Positions 38,364 to 51,590 of a stretch of 62,591 bases of DNA are shown in pieces. The position numbers were made by a program, and so were the translations under genes. Positions within the stretch are counted from its first letter, which is position 1, and every line of letters starts with the position of its first letter. The notes below the pieces were generated by a model that was not told where the DNA came from, did no database searches, and saw nothing but the letters and a program-made list of their open reading frames with translations. This DNA comes from Chiloscyllium plagiosum (Eukaryota), in assembly GCF_004010195.1 (NCBI RefSeq), contig NC_057719.1:88279393-88341983 (forward strand), given 5' to 3'.

Positions 38364-40602
38364 GCATATGTGATTTTGGGATTTGTAACTAGGGTGAAAA
38401 CCAAGAGATTATGATAACCTTTATTAAACACATCTTCAGCTTCAACTGAATTAGTAAGTCCAATTCTAAACACCACACTTTAGGAAGAAACTAAACCCTT
38501 TAGAGAGGATATGAAAAGATTTATAGGAATGGTTCTACAGATGAAGGCTTAGATTTAATGTGGATATATTACAGAAGCTGGGGTTTATCTTCTTAAAAAT
38601 TAGAATATTGGGAAAAGATATAAGAGTGATCAAAACCAAAACCATAAGGAATCAATACAGAGTAGGTCTAGAGAAAGTTTGCCTATTAGAGGAGGATTTG
38701 GGAATCAGAAGATATTGACAAAACTGTCAGAGTTTTATGAGCCCTCTGGTAGTTGGGAACATGGCAAGCAGGAATGGGGTATCATGAATGATGCCTTCCT
38801 ACTGCCATTTTGCCAACTGTTGGCAGATTAGTTGCCAAATGTCCAATTGAGTCACTTAAGTAATCATTTCAGGGCCACTTCCTGCCTCTGCAGGCATCCT
38901 ACTAACATCACAGACAAACACATTCTAGAGAAATCCAACACATATGTGGATAGACAAACAGAGTTAACATTTCGAGTCCAGTGTGACTTCTTCAGAAGTG
39001 AAAGACATTAGAAAATGCTTATTTAATACTTCTGACAGAAATAAAGGTGGGGCGAAGGGAACAGAAGGCGTAGAGGCCCAATGCAACAGACAAAAGATTG
39101 TTAATGTTGGTTTAAAAAAAGGATATAAAATGAGTGTATAATAAGATACGGACAGGAAAGAAAGGGCCTTTTCTACTGAGGGAAATCTGTAGATCTACCA
39201 TTTAATGCTTTACTTGTTGTAAAGCCTATAATCTTTTATTTCTAATTTTTTGATTGTGGACTGAAATCAGAAAAGTACTGTTTTAAAGACAAGGATTATT
39301 GTAGATTTACTGCACTTTCTAAAAGCAAGTTACCAGACATTCATTGTGAGTGCTGTTTACACAGTTGCTTGTTCAAGCGAAGGTGGAAAGCCTGGTTCCA
39401 GATGAACTGGAGCCAGAGGCTGTGTACAAATGGAGATTTTCCTGACAACAGGATTGGTCAGTGAAATAGTGACTAGTCATCAATAACAAAGACTCCCTGC
39501 CCGAACCAACTATGAGATTGACTCCTAAATAGCTGAATAGGTTGGGGATGTAAATGTTCAGGGGCTATCTGGAAGAGAAGGAACCATGTTTTTGCTCTGC
39601 AGTAAAAAGTATCTCCTGCCTGAAGACAGCCAGTTCGTTTCCCCTAATCAGTTGCTGCAAGCTGTGATTTTTTAAATTAATAAATCAGAGACTTTTATAA
39701 GTGTGTACCAGTCACCTTCAGCATTCTGAAAACAAGTGAAATTACCTACAGGAGGAAGATTGAGAAGCAGCATTCTGAACAGTAAAAGGATCATCTCAGA
39801 AAAACCCATGTGTACTAGGGCCAGTGAACTGCCTTCCCAGTCTTCGTGTGTGTGTGTGTTGGTTATTTAACCAGTAAGTTATATGTTAATGGTTTATAAT
39901 TGTTTACCTATGGTTAGAAAGCATTATTTTGTATTAAATTGTAATTTTTATTAAGGATAGAAACCTAGTTTATGGTTTCTGTCAATCTGGGACAAAAAGA
40001 CAGGTAAGTTGGGAAATTCTGCAGACTTTTAAACACCAAGAATAGTAAGACTTGATTTCAGTACTTTTGAAAGTCTGTACTGCTGGAATTTTTATTAATT
40101 TATTTTTGAGTTTTTAACCTAAACATTTGTACTCAATCTATACATAGGTACCTTTGTGTCTAAGGTGACACCATAAGTGGTGACTTATAAACTTTTCACA
40201 GTAGTCATGTGAGTATACGTGACAATAAAGCTAATTGAATTCAATGTCCAATGAATTACCAGCTCCTTTTGCTTTGGACTATCATTCCTCTTGTTATTTA
40301 ATCTCTCCTGCCTTCTTTCCCTTATAGACTTCTCTTTTGGTTCCTCCCTTGTCTCATTTCCCACTTGCTTGCATTTGTTTAAAGCCTGTTATATCTCCAA
40401 CATGTCCTAATTCTGATCAGTCATTGCTGACCTGAAATATTAAATCTCTCTTTCTCCAAGGGTACCGCCCGACCTGTTGAGTATTTGCAACATCTTCTGC
40501 TATTAGTGAGTGAAGACGCTGCAGTTTTTCTCAGGTAATGTAAGATGTAAATGTTGACTAGTTTCCCCAAACTAGGTTAATACAAAAGTTCTTTAAACTT
40601 AC

Positions 40603-40794
40603 ACTGTTCCAAACGAAAGCTGAGACCCCCATCCTTTCATTCAAGTACCGAGTGATCTCCAAGTCATAGCCACAAAACTGGTAGTGGTTCACCAGAATAC
40701 TGGGTAAATTACCCTCAGGATCTTCCTTCGAGAGAACATTGCTGGACTTATCCATGTGCTTGGCTGTCTTCCTGCTCCCAGATCTTCCTTCCAT
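40603..40794 (-). CDS. METTL21B-like coding exon 1 (MEGRSG...YQFCGYDLEITRYLNERMGVSAFVWNS)
   Basis: Matches human [27 protein letters not shown]; donor AGT|GTAAGT; in-frame TGA upstream of the ATG; probable acceptor at 40878-40877 implies an upstream UTR exon. Confidence 0.9.
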
Positions 40795-42379
40795 ATCTCT
40801 GATTTCTCAGAGCTACTTTTCAACTCCAAATTGCTCCTGATGCAACAATCAGATTTGGACAGCTCTCTTCTGTCACCTTTTGCACAAAGAGTAAAAGCAT
40901 TCAAATCTGGGAAAGTGATTAAATTATTGATTTATTTTGTCAAGTTTGTACAAAATGTGGATCGGGTCTGTCAGTGTAACAGGTTGGAGCCTCTGTCTTT
41001 GTAGTTATATGCATTCATAAAAAATGTTTTGCAGGGATAAATAAAGTTTAGGGATGAGGAAACAGAAGCTACAGATATAAGATTCAATGCATATAGGTCT
41101 GACTTCATTTAGGTCTGAGACTGGAAAAAGCCTCTTTACACATTTATGATGATAAACAATTTTCTTGAGGTTAATTCAACTTCTCAGTGAGACAATAATA
41201 AGTAGTTTGAGAGAAAGATCAAAGAATTAGCTGAAACCTTAGAAGGATGGTTATACTACAATGTCTGCCACAAACTACTGTTAAAGGAATTCTTTTAACA
41301 AAGAGGTTAGTTTCTTGAGTAGAAGAATACTTAACAGTTATAGTTAACTTTCAAAATGCAAATACAAAGATATTCATGTTGGAAAACTCACTGAAAAGTC
41401 CCACAATGATTATCAACTCCTTTCAGTATAACGCACAAACATGATCTCACCAATGTTACAAACTAGATCTCCAGTCACATTTTTAAATGGCCATACCCAG
41501 GCAAGGTGCCAAGCATCGCAGGACGCTGATTTGCTCAAACCAGCAAATGACAAACTGCAGCAGTGTTTTTTTTTAATTTATTCATTGCAAGGCTGTGGGG
41601 AAAGTGGTGCAGTGGGATTGATTGGGTAATTCTTTCGAAGAGTTAACATTGACATGTACAGTATTGTACTCTATATGCTGTAAGTTCTACAAATTCCCAG
41701 CCTCTGACCTGAAGAACAAATCTTCCAGACTGTGTCTATGGCAGATAGTGAGGGTTGATTAGGTCAGTTAGTTGGACTCTTAGCTGCTTTGTGATGCAGA
41801 ACACTGCCAACGGTGTAGTTCAATTCCCGCACCGGCTGAGGTTGCCATGAAGGACTGTCCTTGTCAATCTCTCCCCTCACCTCTGCTGGAGTGGCCCTCA
41901 GGTTAAACCACCACCAATGTCTCTCTCTGTAATGAGAGAGTGGTCTTCTGAGACTATGGCCACTTTACTTTTACGTGGGTTGACACATTGGTGAGGGAAC
42001 CGACAAAAGAGAAAACATAACCTCATCCTTGTCAGTCTACCTTCAGCAGATGCATCAAACAGTATTGGTAGGAATGAGTACTACACAGCCTTTTTTGAGA
42101 CAAAGTCCCATCCATCGTGTTGTGTGGCACAACCATTGTGCTGAATAGGACAGATTTTGAACAGATCTAGCAATGCAAGCAGGGTATCTATGAAGCGCTG
42201 TAGGCCATCAGCAGCAGCAGCAGCAGAACTGTATTCAACTACAATCTATAAACATCACCATCAAGGGAATCAACCCTGGTTCAATGAAGAGTGCAACAGG
42301 GCTTGCTGGGAGTAGGACCAGGCATACCTAAAAATTAGGTGTCCACCTGGTGAAGCTACCAAACCGGAGTACTTGTATG

Positions 42380-42544
42380 TCAGGCAGCATCCAAGGAGCA
42401 GGAGAATCGATGTTTCGAGCATAAGCCCTTGTCCAAAACGTCGATTCGCCTGATCCTCAGATGTTGCCTGATGTGCTGTGCTTTTGCAGCACCATACTCT
42501 TGACTCTGATTTCCAGCATCTGCAGTCCTCACTTTCTACTAGGT
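42380..42544. mobile_element. Family A inverted-pair insertion within a LINE fragment, 11-bp TSD
   Basis: TSD GTACTTGTATG at 42369-42379 and 42545-42555. Confidence 0.8.
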
Positions 42545-43353
42545 GTACTTGTATGCCAAATTGTGACAGCAAGTGATAGGATAGAGTTCAGTCCAGCCAC
42601 ATCCAGTCGTGAATGGTACTGGGCAGTTAAACTCACTGAAGGTTTCACAAATATCCTCAATGACGGGAGCCCAGCATATCAGTGCAAGAGGCTGAAGTAT
42701 TTTCCATCATCTTGAGTCATAAGTAGGATGTTCCGTCTTGGCTCGCTCCAGAGGTCCCCAGTATCACCAATGCCAGGACTCTTTCTTTTCAATTCACCCT
42801 ACATAGCATCAAGGCAGGCTGAAGGCACTGGATACTGCAAAACCTAACAACATTCTGGCAATTGTACTGAAGATTTGTGCTCTGGTACTGCCACACCTCT
42901 AGCTACGTACAGTAACAACATTGACCTTTGCCTGACACCAAGGAAAGCTGGTGCCCAGTTTGGCTTTTCCCAGCCCGCTCTGCACCCAACCTCCTTACAT
43001 CTCTGGTTCAAACACGGAGAAAAAAGCTGAACTCCAAGAGAAAAGTAAGAGTACCTACCTTGATATCAGGGAGAGTTGATCGAGTATTCCATAAGAGTCC
43101 CAGTAAAACTGGAGTAAATGAGAATACCCGTTGAAGTCGAACTTAAAACAAAGGAAGATGGTTGTGGTCGTAGAGGTCAACCATTTCAGCTCCAGGATAT
43201 TTAGACCTGACGGAACTCGGATTTCTTTGTTTAATGTTTATTCATGCATGCATGGAAAGTGTACATTATAAAAGATGGCATATAGCTCAAACTTTATTAC
43301 GAAACCAAAGGCTTTGTACTATTTCTCCTGGTACCAAGGTTCCGATCAGCTAT

Positions 43354-43485
43354 TCGATTCCTGAAGAAGGGCCTGTGCCCGAAACGTCGAATCTCCTGTT
43401 CCCTGGATGCTGCCTGACCTGCTGTGCTGTTCCAGCAATAAAGTTTCAACTTTGATCTCCAGCATCTGCAGACCTCACTTTCTCC
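43354..43485 (+). mobile_element. 132-bp family A monomer with 13-bp TSD
   Basis: TSD TCCGATCAGCTAT at 43341-43353 and 43486-43498. Confidence 0.9.
43356..43393 (+). ncRNA. Minimal type-I hammerhead ribozyme motif (best copy)
   Basis: GATTC CTGAAGA a GGGC ctgt GCCC GAAA C GTC GAATC: perfect 5-bp stem I, 4-bp stem II, palindromic ACGT stem III, GUC cleavage triplet. Confidence 0.8.
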
Positions 43486-43979
43486 TCCGATCAGCTATGC
43501 CTACAGATAATAATTTCCAATCAAAACGTTATACATTGACTCATCCATATTTATCCAACAGTGTTCACATAGTCAACATTCCAGGCCAGCATACATATAT
43601 TATCCAATCTTATTCAAACTAGCTCACATGATTATATTAAACAAAAATTATCATAACATGTTCATATATCCTGGAATAAAGGTGCATTTAGTTCTGGGGT
43701 ATGTTTAGTGTTACAGCCAGAGGTAGGGTCTTTGCAGTATCCATTGCCTTCAGCCATTTCTTGACATTACATGGAGTGTATACAATTAGTTGAGACTGTG
43801 ATGCTGGGGACCTAAGGAGGATGTCAACATGGATTATCCACTTCACGCTCTGATTAAAGGTGGTTAGGTGCATACTCACCTTGACTTAATGGGAATGATT
43901 GCAGAGTTTTCTTTTCTAGTTGTGTTTAATTCAGCACCACCATTCGTAACTGAGTGCGACAAGATGCAGAACTTTGATG

Positions 43980-44660
43980 ATAGAATCATATAATCATAAA
44001 TTTGTACGGCATGGAAACAGATCCTTAAATCCAACTCATCCGTGCCCATCAGACATCCTAAATTAATCAAATCCCATTTGCCAGCGTTTGGCCACTTTCC
44101 TCTAAACCCTCCTATTCATATACCCATTCGGATGCCTTTTAAATGTTGGACCAGCCTCCACCACTTCCTCTGGCAGCTCATTCCATGCACACACCACCTT
44201 CTGTGGGAAAAAGTTGCCTCATAGGTCCCTTTTAAATCTTTCCCCTTTCTCCTTAAACCTATACCCTCTAGTTTTGGACATCCCTACCTGGGGATAAGAC
44301 CTCGGCTATTACCCTATCCTTTCCCCCAGTGTTTTTTTTAAATGTCTATAAAACCACCCTTCAGCCTCCAAGGCTTCAAGGAAAATAGCCCCAGCCTAAT
44401 AAGGCTCTCCCTGAGCTCTGACCTTCCAATCCTGGCAAAATCCTTATAAAGCTTTTCTGCACCCTTTCAAATTTAACAACATCCTTCCTGTAGCAGGGAG
44501 ACCAGAATTGAATGCAGTATTCCAAAAGTGGCCTAACCAATGTCCTGTACAGCTGCAATATGACCTCCCAACTCCGAGACTCCACACAATGACCAGTAAA
44601 GGCAAACTACCGGATGGGTTTTTCACTATCCTGTCTGCATAGGATTCCACTTTTAGGGAT
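43980..44660 (-). mobile_element. CR1 LINE 3' end
   Basis: LQLYRTLVRPLLEYCIQFWSPCYRKDV plus CR1 tail. Confidence 0.85.
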
Positions 44661-45096
44661 CAGATCCATGCATTATTGGATCATTTAGCATTAGAACAGA
44701 CTACTTTCGTTCTGAGGTTGAATCTGAGGTGAAAAAGTTCACATTGAAAGATAGTCTAACAATGAGCAAGAGTGTTTGGAGTCTCAGGAATTTATTGTTC
44801 ATTGGCCCTTATCTTGTGATCATGTGATTGACAATGCTCTCAAAATGGGTTGGGTAATATTCCAGCAGTGTTAGTGTAGAAATTCAGCTGCTGCCATTCA
44901 GAGAGCAAGCCCCTACTGCTTGCTCCAAATGTCTGCACCTTTCAGGCAGAGCCCATTTTCATAGAGGAATCAGAAAAATGAGATATGAAGACTCAGTCCC
45001 ATTTGAGTTTGCAACTCGACAAAATTTGCTTTGGATTAAATGCAAACAGTTTCATCAGCAAAAAGAGAGACAAGCCCTAGTAAAGATATATGTTAC

Positions 45097-45350
45097 CAGT
45101 GTGCTGGTATTCTGTACTTACGGCAGTCCCTGTCTCAGCAGTGAGCTTTTATCCTGTACTGCCAGCAGTCCTTGTCCCATCAGTGTGCTGGTATCCTGAA
45201 CTGACAGTAGTGCCTGTCCCAGCAGGGTGCTGGTATCTGTACTGACAGCAGTCCCTATCCCAGCAATGAGCTGGTATCTAGTTCTGACAACAATCTGTGT
45301 CCTAGCAGTGTGCTGGTATCCTGTACTGATGGTGCTCCCTGTCCTAGCAG
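45097..45350. repeat. Minisatellite, ~42-bp unit x6 (cagtgtgctggtatcctgtactgacagcagtccctgtcccag)
   Basis: Units start at 45097, 45139, 45181, 45223, 45264 and 45306. Confidence 0.9.
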
Positions 45351-46021
45351 TTTTGTTGCTGGTGATTTGTTTGAACTGTTAGACAGGCTGGATTTATTGC
45401 AATTCTTTGCTGCTGTTACTCATTGTGCTATCTGGTTGTTTTAATATTTACTTTGTTCAAAAAATGTTCAGAAACATCCTGGCCTCAATGTAATCTATTT
45501 CTGAATATCTAGTTTTATCCCCAGTGCTGAATGGGAATGATGTCACTGGGTATAGAACGAAACTGTCCCTGAACATTCTGACTTGGGAAGATTGATATTG
45601 GGATTGGATACCTTTGTAACTCTGTCACAACACAACTTAGTCTATCCTCAATTTCTCTGGGTTAATGAATCATCACCTGACTGCAGTCACAGCTGTTATA
45701 ATCGAAATTCTACAGAATGATCCTTGAGCAAGAGTGTTATTTTAATTCTGGGTATTTATGTAAAGTGCAGTGTAGAAGGTGAAGCGTTTATGGCAAGAAG
45801 GTGCTAGCCAAATTCTACTTCCCAGCTCTTTGTCTTAGCACTGTAGGTTAAAGCACCTCCAACTGTACATCCAATGATGATTGCCCCTACTGCCCTTTCA
45901 AATAATGAGTTGTAGACCTCCTCCAGTTTCAGTGTAATAGCATTTCTATTCAACTCTCTTTCAATCCTCTGGCCTTACTTTAATTTTGTGACCCTTTGTA
46001 TTGACCTCTTTGCTAAAGGAA

Positions 46022-46239
46022 ATATGTCCTTTCTACCCACTCCACCTCAGCCTTTTGTAAGTTAATAAGTGCCCATGACCTAGGCACTTATTAACTTACA
46101 AAAGGCTGAGGTGGAATGGATAGAAAGGACATATAATTATCAAGGTATTATCTATCTCTTTGCCACCTCTTTCAACACTCTGCATCCCAGAGTGTTGAAA
46201 GAGGTGGCAAAGAGATAGGTTATACCTTGATAATTATAT
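46022..46239. repeat. Two abutting inverted repeats, each with 52-bp arms
   Basis: 46022-46073/46083-46134 and 46131-46182/46188-46239, two mismatches each. Confidence 0.92.
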
Positions 46240-47744
46240 CCCAAAATTCCAGTTTCTGGAATGATTCCACGGTAGATTGCAAGTACCGCCCCATTACTTA
46301 AGAAAGGAACAAGAGAAAAAAGAATCCTGAAACAGTAGGGAAAAATCCTAGAATTTTTGATAAAGGACATGACAAATGGACACTTGGATACAAATGATCT
46401 GATTGAGCATAGTAAGTACAGATTTGTGAATGGAAAATCATTTTCAACAAAACTGTTGGACTTTATTTGAGGATATTGCTGAAACATTGAGAGTGAAGAG
46501 TTAATGGCTGTAGTATATTTAGATTTTGTAGGCTTTTGATAAGGTCCCCACCAAGAGTTTGGGTGACAAGATTAACCCACATGGGATAGGAGGTGCAATA
46601 CTGGCATGGATTAAGGATTGACTAACAGATCCTGGACTTGCAGTGCAGAGGAGAGAGCAGGCTCAGCTGTTCAAGATGTTGGCACTGGCATGGTATGCCT
46701 GTAAGACTATAAAGTCCAGTGAAACTCTGTAACCCGTTGGAGTGATTTGGGACCATTCATTCAAGTTGGTCTCTCTCTCTCCCCATGCTATATATGAAAT
46801 AAACGTGTCAGTACTCAAGGTCTTTGTACGAGATTTATTCAAAAGATTTTCTCCAACAATGCCCATCCGTGGGGTTTTGTTTTCTCTCCTTTTTTTGTCT
46901 TTTTAACCTTTTTCTTCTGTACTTCCTGACATCACGTGGCTACCTCAACGGTTTGGTGATGACTGGAGTGGAGCCTCCTGGCTTCATAGGACTGATGTGT
47001 GGACTCCGTGAATCAGCGGCCAGGCTGCTGTGATGGTGGAACAGGGACTCCTGGCTCTGGTAGTCCGAAAGCAAGGACCTTGCAGAGACCTTGCATAGGT
47101 CCTGGAGCCATGTTTGGGACCTCAACTAATGAAGATAAGCTCTATTTAAGTATCTTTTTATTCTTTTAGACCTCAAAATTGCACCGGATTGTGGTGACAG
47201 AACACTCTCACTGTATCTACCTAGACATATGTGAAAATAAATCATTCATTCACTAAGGTAGAAAACTGTGTAGGAATAAATGCTTTCTGCAGTGCTACAG
47301 TGGCTTCCCAGTATTTTCTTTGTGAGTTTTTTCCTCATGTGGTGTGAATAGACAAGAATGGTGTACATAGTTGCCTTCCCTGTGTGCTCAAAGATGTGCT
47401 AAACATGGAATCATACCGTCATTGAGGAGAATAGGCTGATGTGACTCCAGGATACTAAAACTGCTCAAAGGTCATGCAGCACCATTTTCCTTAATTAGTC
47501 TTAAACAATACAAAGCGAGATTGGCAGTAGTCTGCAGCTTACTGTAACAGTATGTCACAACAGAATAATTTAACATGCTTGTGCTAAGACAATGTTTCTG
47601 GAGGCAGTATGGTGTTTTGTTGGCACAATTTTGAGGCTTTTGCTCATGAAGGGGAAGCAGAAAATAACATTCCCTTGCATATGTATGAGATTTGTCACTG
47701 CTGTGCCACTTGGTATGGTGCATTGGCTAGACATGATGAGGGAC

Positions 47745-48046
47745 TAGATTAGATTAGATTACTTACAGTGTGGAAACAGGCCCTTCGGCCCAACAAGTCC
47801 ACACCGACCCGCCGAAGCGCAACCCACCCATACCCCTACCTTTACCCCTTTAACCTATCACTACGGGCAATTTAGCATGGCCAATTCACCTGACCCGCAC
47901 ATCTTTGGACTGTGGGAGGAAACCGGAGCACCCGGAGGAAACCCACGCAGACACGGGGAGAATGTGCAAACTCCACACAGTCAGTCGCCTGAGTCGGGAA
48001 TTGAACCCGGGTCTACAGGCGCTGTGAGGCAGCAGTGCTAACCACT
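47745..48046 (-). mobile_element. Young HE1-like V-SINE (CpGs retained)
   Basis: (TAGAT)n tail, V-core, B-box; many intact CpGs. Confidence 0.9.
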
Positions 48047-48159
48047 GGGTGACGAGAAGGTGATTTTTCCATAAAGGGCCTGACCCACGAAGGATATTCC
48101 AGAAGCACCACTCTGACTTGGCCCAAGTCAGGAGCCTGTAGAGACTGTTTCACAAAGGA

Positions 48160-48312
48160 TTTGGAGGTGCCGGTTTTGGACTGGGTGGACAAAGTTAAAA
48201 ATCACACAACATCAAGTGGTTGTTGTGTGATGAAGAAGCAGCTTTTCGAAAGGTAGCGCTTCCAAATAAACCTGTTGCACTATAACCTGGTGTTGTTTGA
48301 TTTTTTTTTAAC
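48160..48312. mobile_element. Family B inverted-pair insertion with 12-bp TSD, decayed hammerhead
   Basis: TSD TTTCAC(A/G)AAGGA at 48148-48159 and 48313-48324. Confidence 0.7.
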
Positions 48313-50454
48313 TTTCACGAAGGAGGTAGTCACAGAGTTGTGCTGCTGGTTTCACAGCAAACTCCAGCCTCGAATTAGGTTAAGTGCTGCTCTCCCAATG
48401 GCCTTGGAAGTCATTATTGCCCTGGCATTCTACACCACAAGATCCTTCCAGATAGGAAAGGATCAGTATAATCTCACTGCTCATTGTGCATAGAAGCCAG
48501 AGGAAGGTCACAGGAGTGTTGTACTCAAGGCAAGTGAACCTAGCTGCTGAGAGAAGATTAGTGTGAAAGGGTATTTACAGTCATCAGAATAACAGGCTTC
48601 CTGTCAGTGCATTTATTTACTTTCAACAATGATAAGCTGTTTTCTGTTGCTTTTGACATGATGTTTAGCTGATTCAATATTTCTTTAGGATGTGAAACAG
48701 TTGCTTCTATATAGTTTCATCAGGCTTCGCTCAATTCAGCAACAGTTGGTCACCTCACCATTTCATCAAACTTGTCAGAACTGTGTGAAAGTCTTTGCCA
48801 AAGAAACAGAATGTACAGTGAGGACATTAAAGAAGTGGATGTACACACTTGGAATAAGAATCCTGTCTGATCACTGGAAACAGAACAAAGTATTCTACCA
48901 TTGTATTTCTGGTGCTGTCTTTGGGTTGTGTAAAATTATCACTAAACCTGAATGGGCAATGGTAATGAATACCCCACTCCCGCTGATATACAGCACCGTA
49001 CTTATTTCTCTAACTAGCTATGCTAATCTTTCTCTGCTCAATGATTTTATACTGAACTGCAGTTGAGAGAATTCAAAACTGAGCATCAAACTCATATAAG
49101 TTAGGATCTGTGTGAAGATACTAAGAGTCAGATTGTTGCAGATTTCAGGAATCGGGAGGCACGTTAATTTCTGTGTTTCAAATCTATCCCTCATACCAAA
49201 CTGGAACTGATAGAACATAGAACAATACAGAACAGAACAGTCCCTTCGGCCCTCGATGTTGCACCGACCTGTGAACTATTCTCAACTCGTTCCCCTACAC
49301 TATCCCATCATCATCCATGTGCTTACCTAAGGATTGTTTAAATCTCTCTAATGTGGCTGAGTTGACTACATTAGCAGGTAGGGCATTCCACGCCCTTACC
49401 ACCCTCTGCGTAAAGATCTTTCCTCTGATCATCACTTCTGTCAAGACTGCATTGGAGAGGGGCTGGGTTTTGCCTGACTAATTAATGGCTGATGGGAACT
49501 GAGCTAGATCACAACCGTTGACTGATGGGAGAGCACCGTTTCCAGGGGCTACAAAGCTATGCATTATGCACTGCCTCTTTCTGTGTAACTGATTCCCAAA
49601 GCTTTAGGAGAGTCTCATTTATTCATGGAAAATAAATGTTGTGAAAACAACTTTTCAGTTTGCTCATGGCAAACTATTGTAGGTATTTGTCATACGAGTT
49701 CAACAATGTGACCTTGTTTGTTGTTTTCGATCTTGGGTTTATGTACAAATTGCAAACATCTCACTCTTGAAAGTAGTATTAAAGTACACAAAATTCAAGT
49801 GAAGATTTCAGAACTGAATATCTTCTCTTTCGCAGAAAAAAGCAGTTCAGTTCAGATAGCTGTTTACTAACATGATGACCTGGACACCTTAGTCAAAGCC
49901 ATGTGAGAGAGAGAGAGAGATCCTATTTTCCCAGAGACCAAGGTATGTCACTTGTCCAGAACAAGAGGACATGGCTTGAATTAATCAACAAAGTTAATGC
50001 TAGAGAGGGATCTGGCAGACATCAACCAATGTAATAAACAGTTCAATGAGCCATCACAATCTGGCAGGGTGAGTAAAACTTTCCAGTTTTAAGACAGGTC
50101 TTTGGGTATGGTCCCTACCTCACTCAGTTGCTGAGGAGATACAGGACTTGTACTGTTCCTCAACTGTGGAGGAATGTGTGCCCAATCTGTGCCTCTGTCA
50201 CTCCATAGAGAAGCTCTGAGGTGTCACACTTCTCAGACGTGGAATGAACTGCCAGAGGAAATAGTGGATGTAGGTATGGTTACAACATTTTGTTTAGGAA
50301 AGATTGTCGGGATTATGGGCCAAACACAGGCCAGTGGACTAGTTTAGCTTGGGAACATGGTCAATATTGTGAGTTAGACCAAAGGATCAGTTTCCATGCT
50401 GGATGACTCTTATGACATGCCATTATGGAAATGTGCAGTTTGTGGAATATCTTT

Positions 50455-51590
50455 TATTCACAGCACAGGAACGGGCCCTTCAGCTCATGATGTCGTGCTG
50501 AACATGACGCCAAATCCCTTCTGCCTGCCTTCGGTCCATATCCCTCCATTCCTTGCATATTCATGTGCTTATTTAAAAATCTCTTAAATGCCCCTGGCAT
50601 ATTTGTCTCCACCACCACCTCTGGCAGCTTGTTCCACACTCCTCCCACTTTCTTTAAATAAAAAAATTGCTCCTCACATCTTTGAACTTTCATTTTCTCA
50701 TCTTAAATGCATGCCCCCCTAGTTTGAGACATTTCAACTCTGGGGAAAAAGATTTTGACCCGTCAACCCTATCTATGCATCTCATAATTTTATAGACTTC
50801 TATCAAGTTTCCCCTCAGCCTCTGCCATTCCAGAGAAAACGACCTCAGCTTTCCTAGCCTCCCCTTTATAGCTCATATCCTTAATCCAGGCAGCATCCTG
50901 GTAAACCTCTTCTGCACTCCGTCCATAGCCTCCACATCCTTCCTGTAATGTGATGACCATAACTGAATGCAATACTCTAAGTATGGCCTAATCGAAGTCT
51001 TCAACATGACATCCTGACTCTTGTACTCAATTCCCCGACCAATAAAGGTAAGCATGTCATACACCTTCTATACCACCCTAGACACTCATGTGGCCACTTT
51101 CAGAGAGCTATGGACTTGAACACCAAGATCCCTCTGTACATCAATGCTGTTCAGGATCCTGCCATTAACTGTATACATTTCCTTAACATTTGATCTTCCA
51201 AAGTGAAGTACCTCACACTTACATAGATTAAGCACCATCTGCCGTTTTCGCCCATATGTGCAACTGATCTCTCTCCCACTGTATATTTTGACAAGTTTCT
51301 ACACTATCCACAATTCCATAGATCTTTGTATCATCACTGTGGATCCCATGCATCTTAATCTTCTGGGTAAGCCTACTATGAGGGACCTTGTCGAAGGCCT
51401 TACTAAAATCCATATAGACAATATTCACTATTCTCCTCTCATTGATCACTTTTGTCACCTCCTCGAAAAATTCAATCAAGTTATTAAGGCATGACCTGCC
51501 CTGCACAAAGTCATGCTGACTGTCCCTAATTAGGCCATGCTTTTCCAAATGTGCATATATCCTAACCCTGAGAATCCTCTCCAATAGCTT
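50455..51590 (-). mobile_element. CR1 LINE RT and 3' fragment
   Basis: HLEKHGLIRDSQHDFVQGRSCLNNLIEFFEEVT...VYMDFSKAFDKVPH. Confidence 0.9.

Noticed and set aside
43053-43885. Minus-strand donors (43059 and ~43880) as the METTL21B-like 5' UTR exon
   Set aside because: Plausible but embedded among repeat fragments; cannot choose between them from sequence alone
45097-45350. CRISPR-like periodicity
   Set aside because: Eukaryotic context; whole units repeat with no unique spacers
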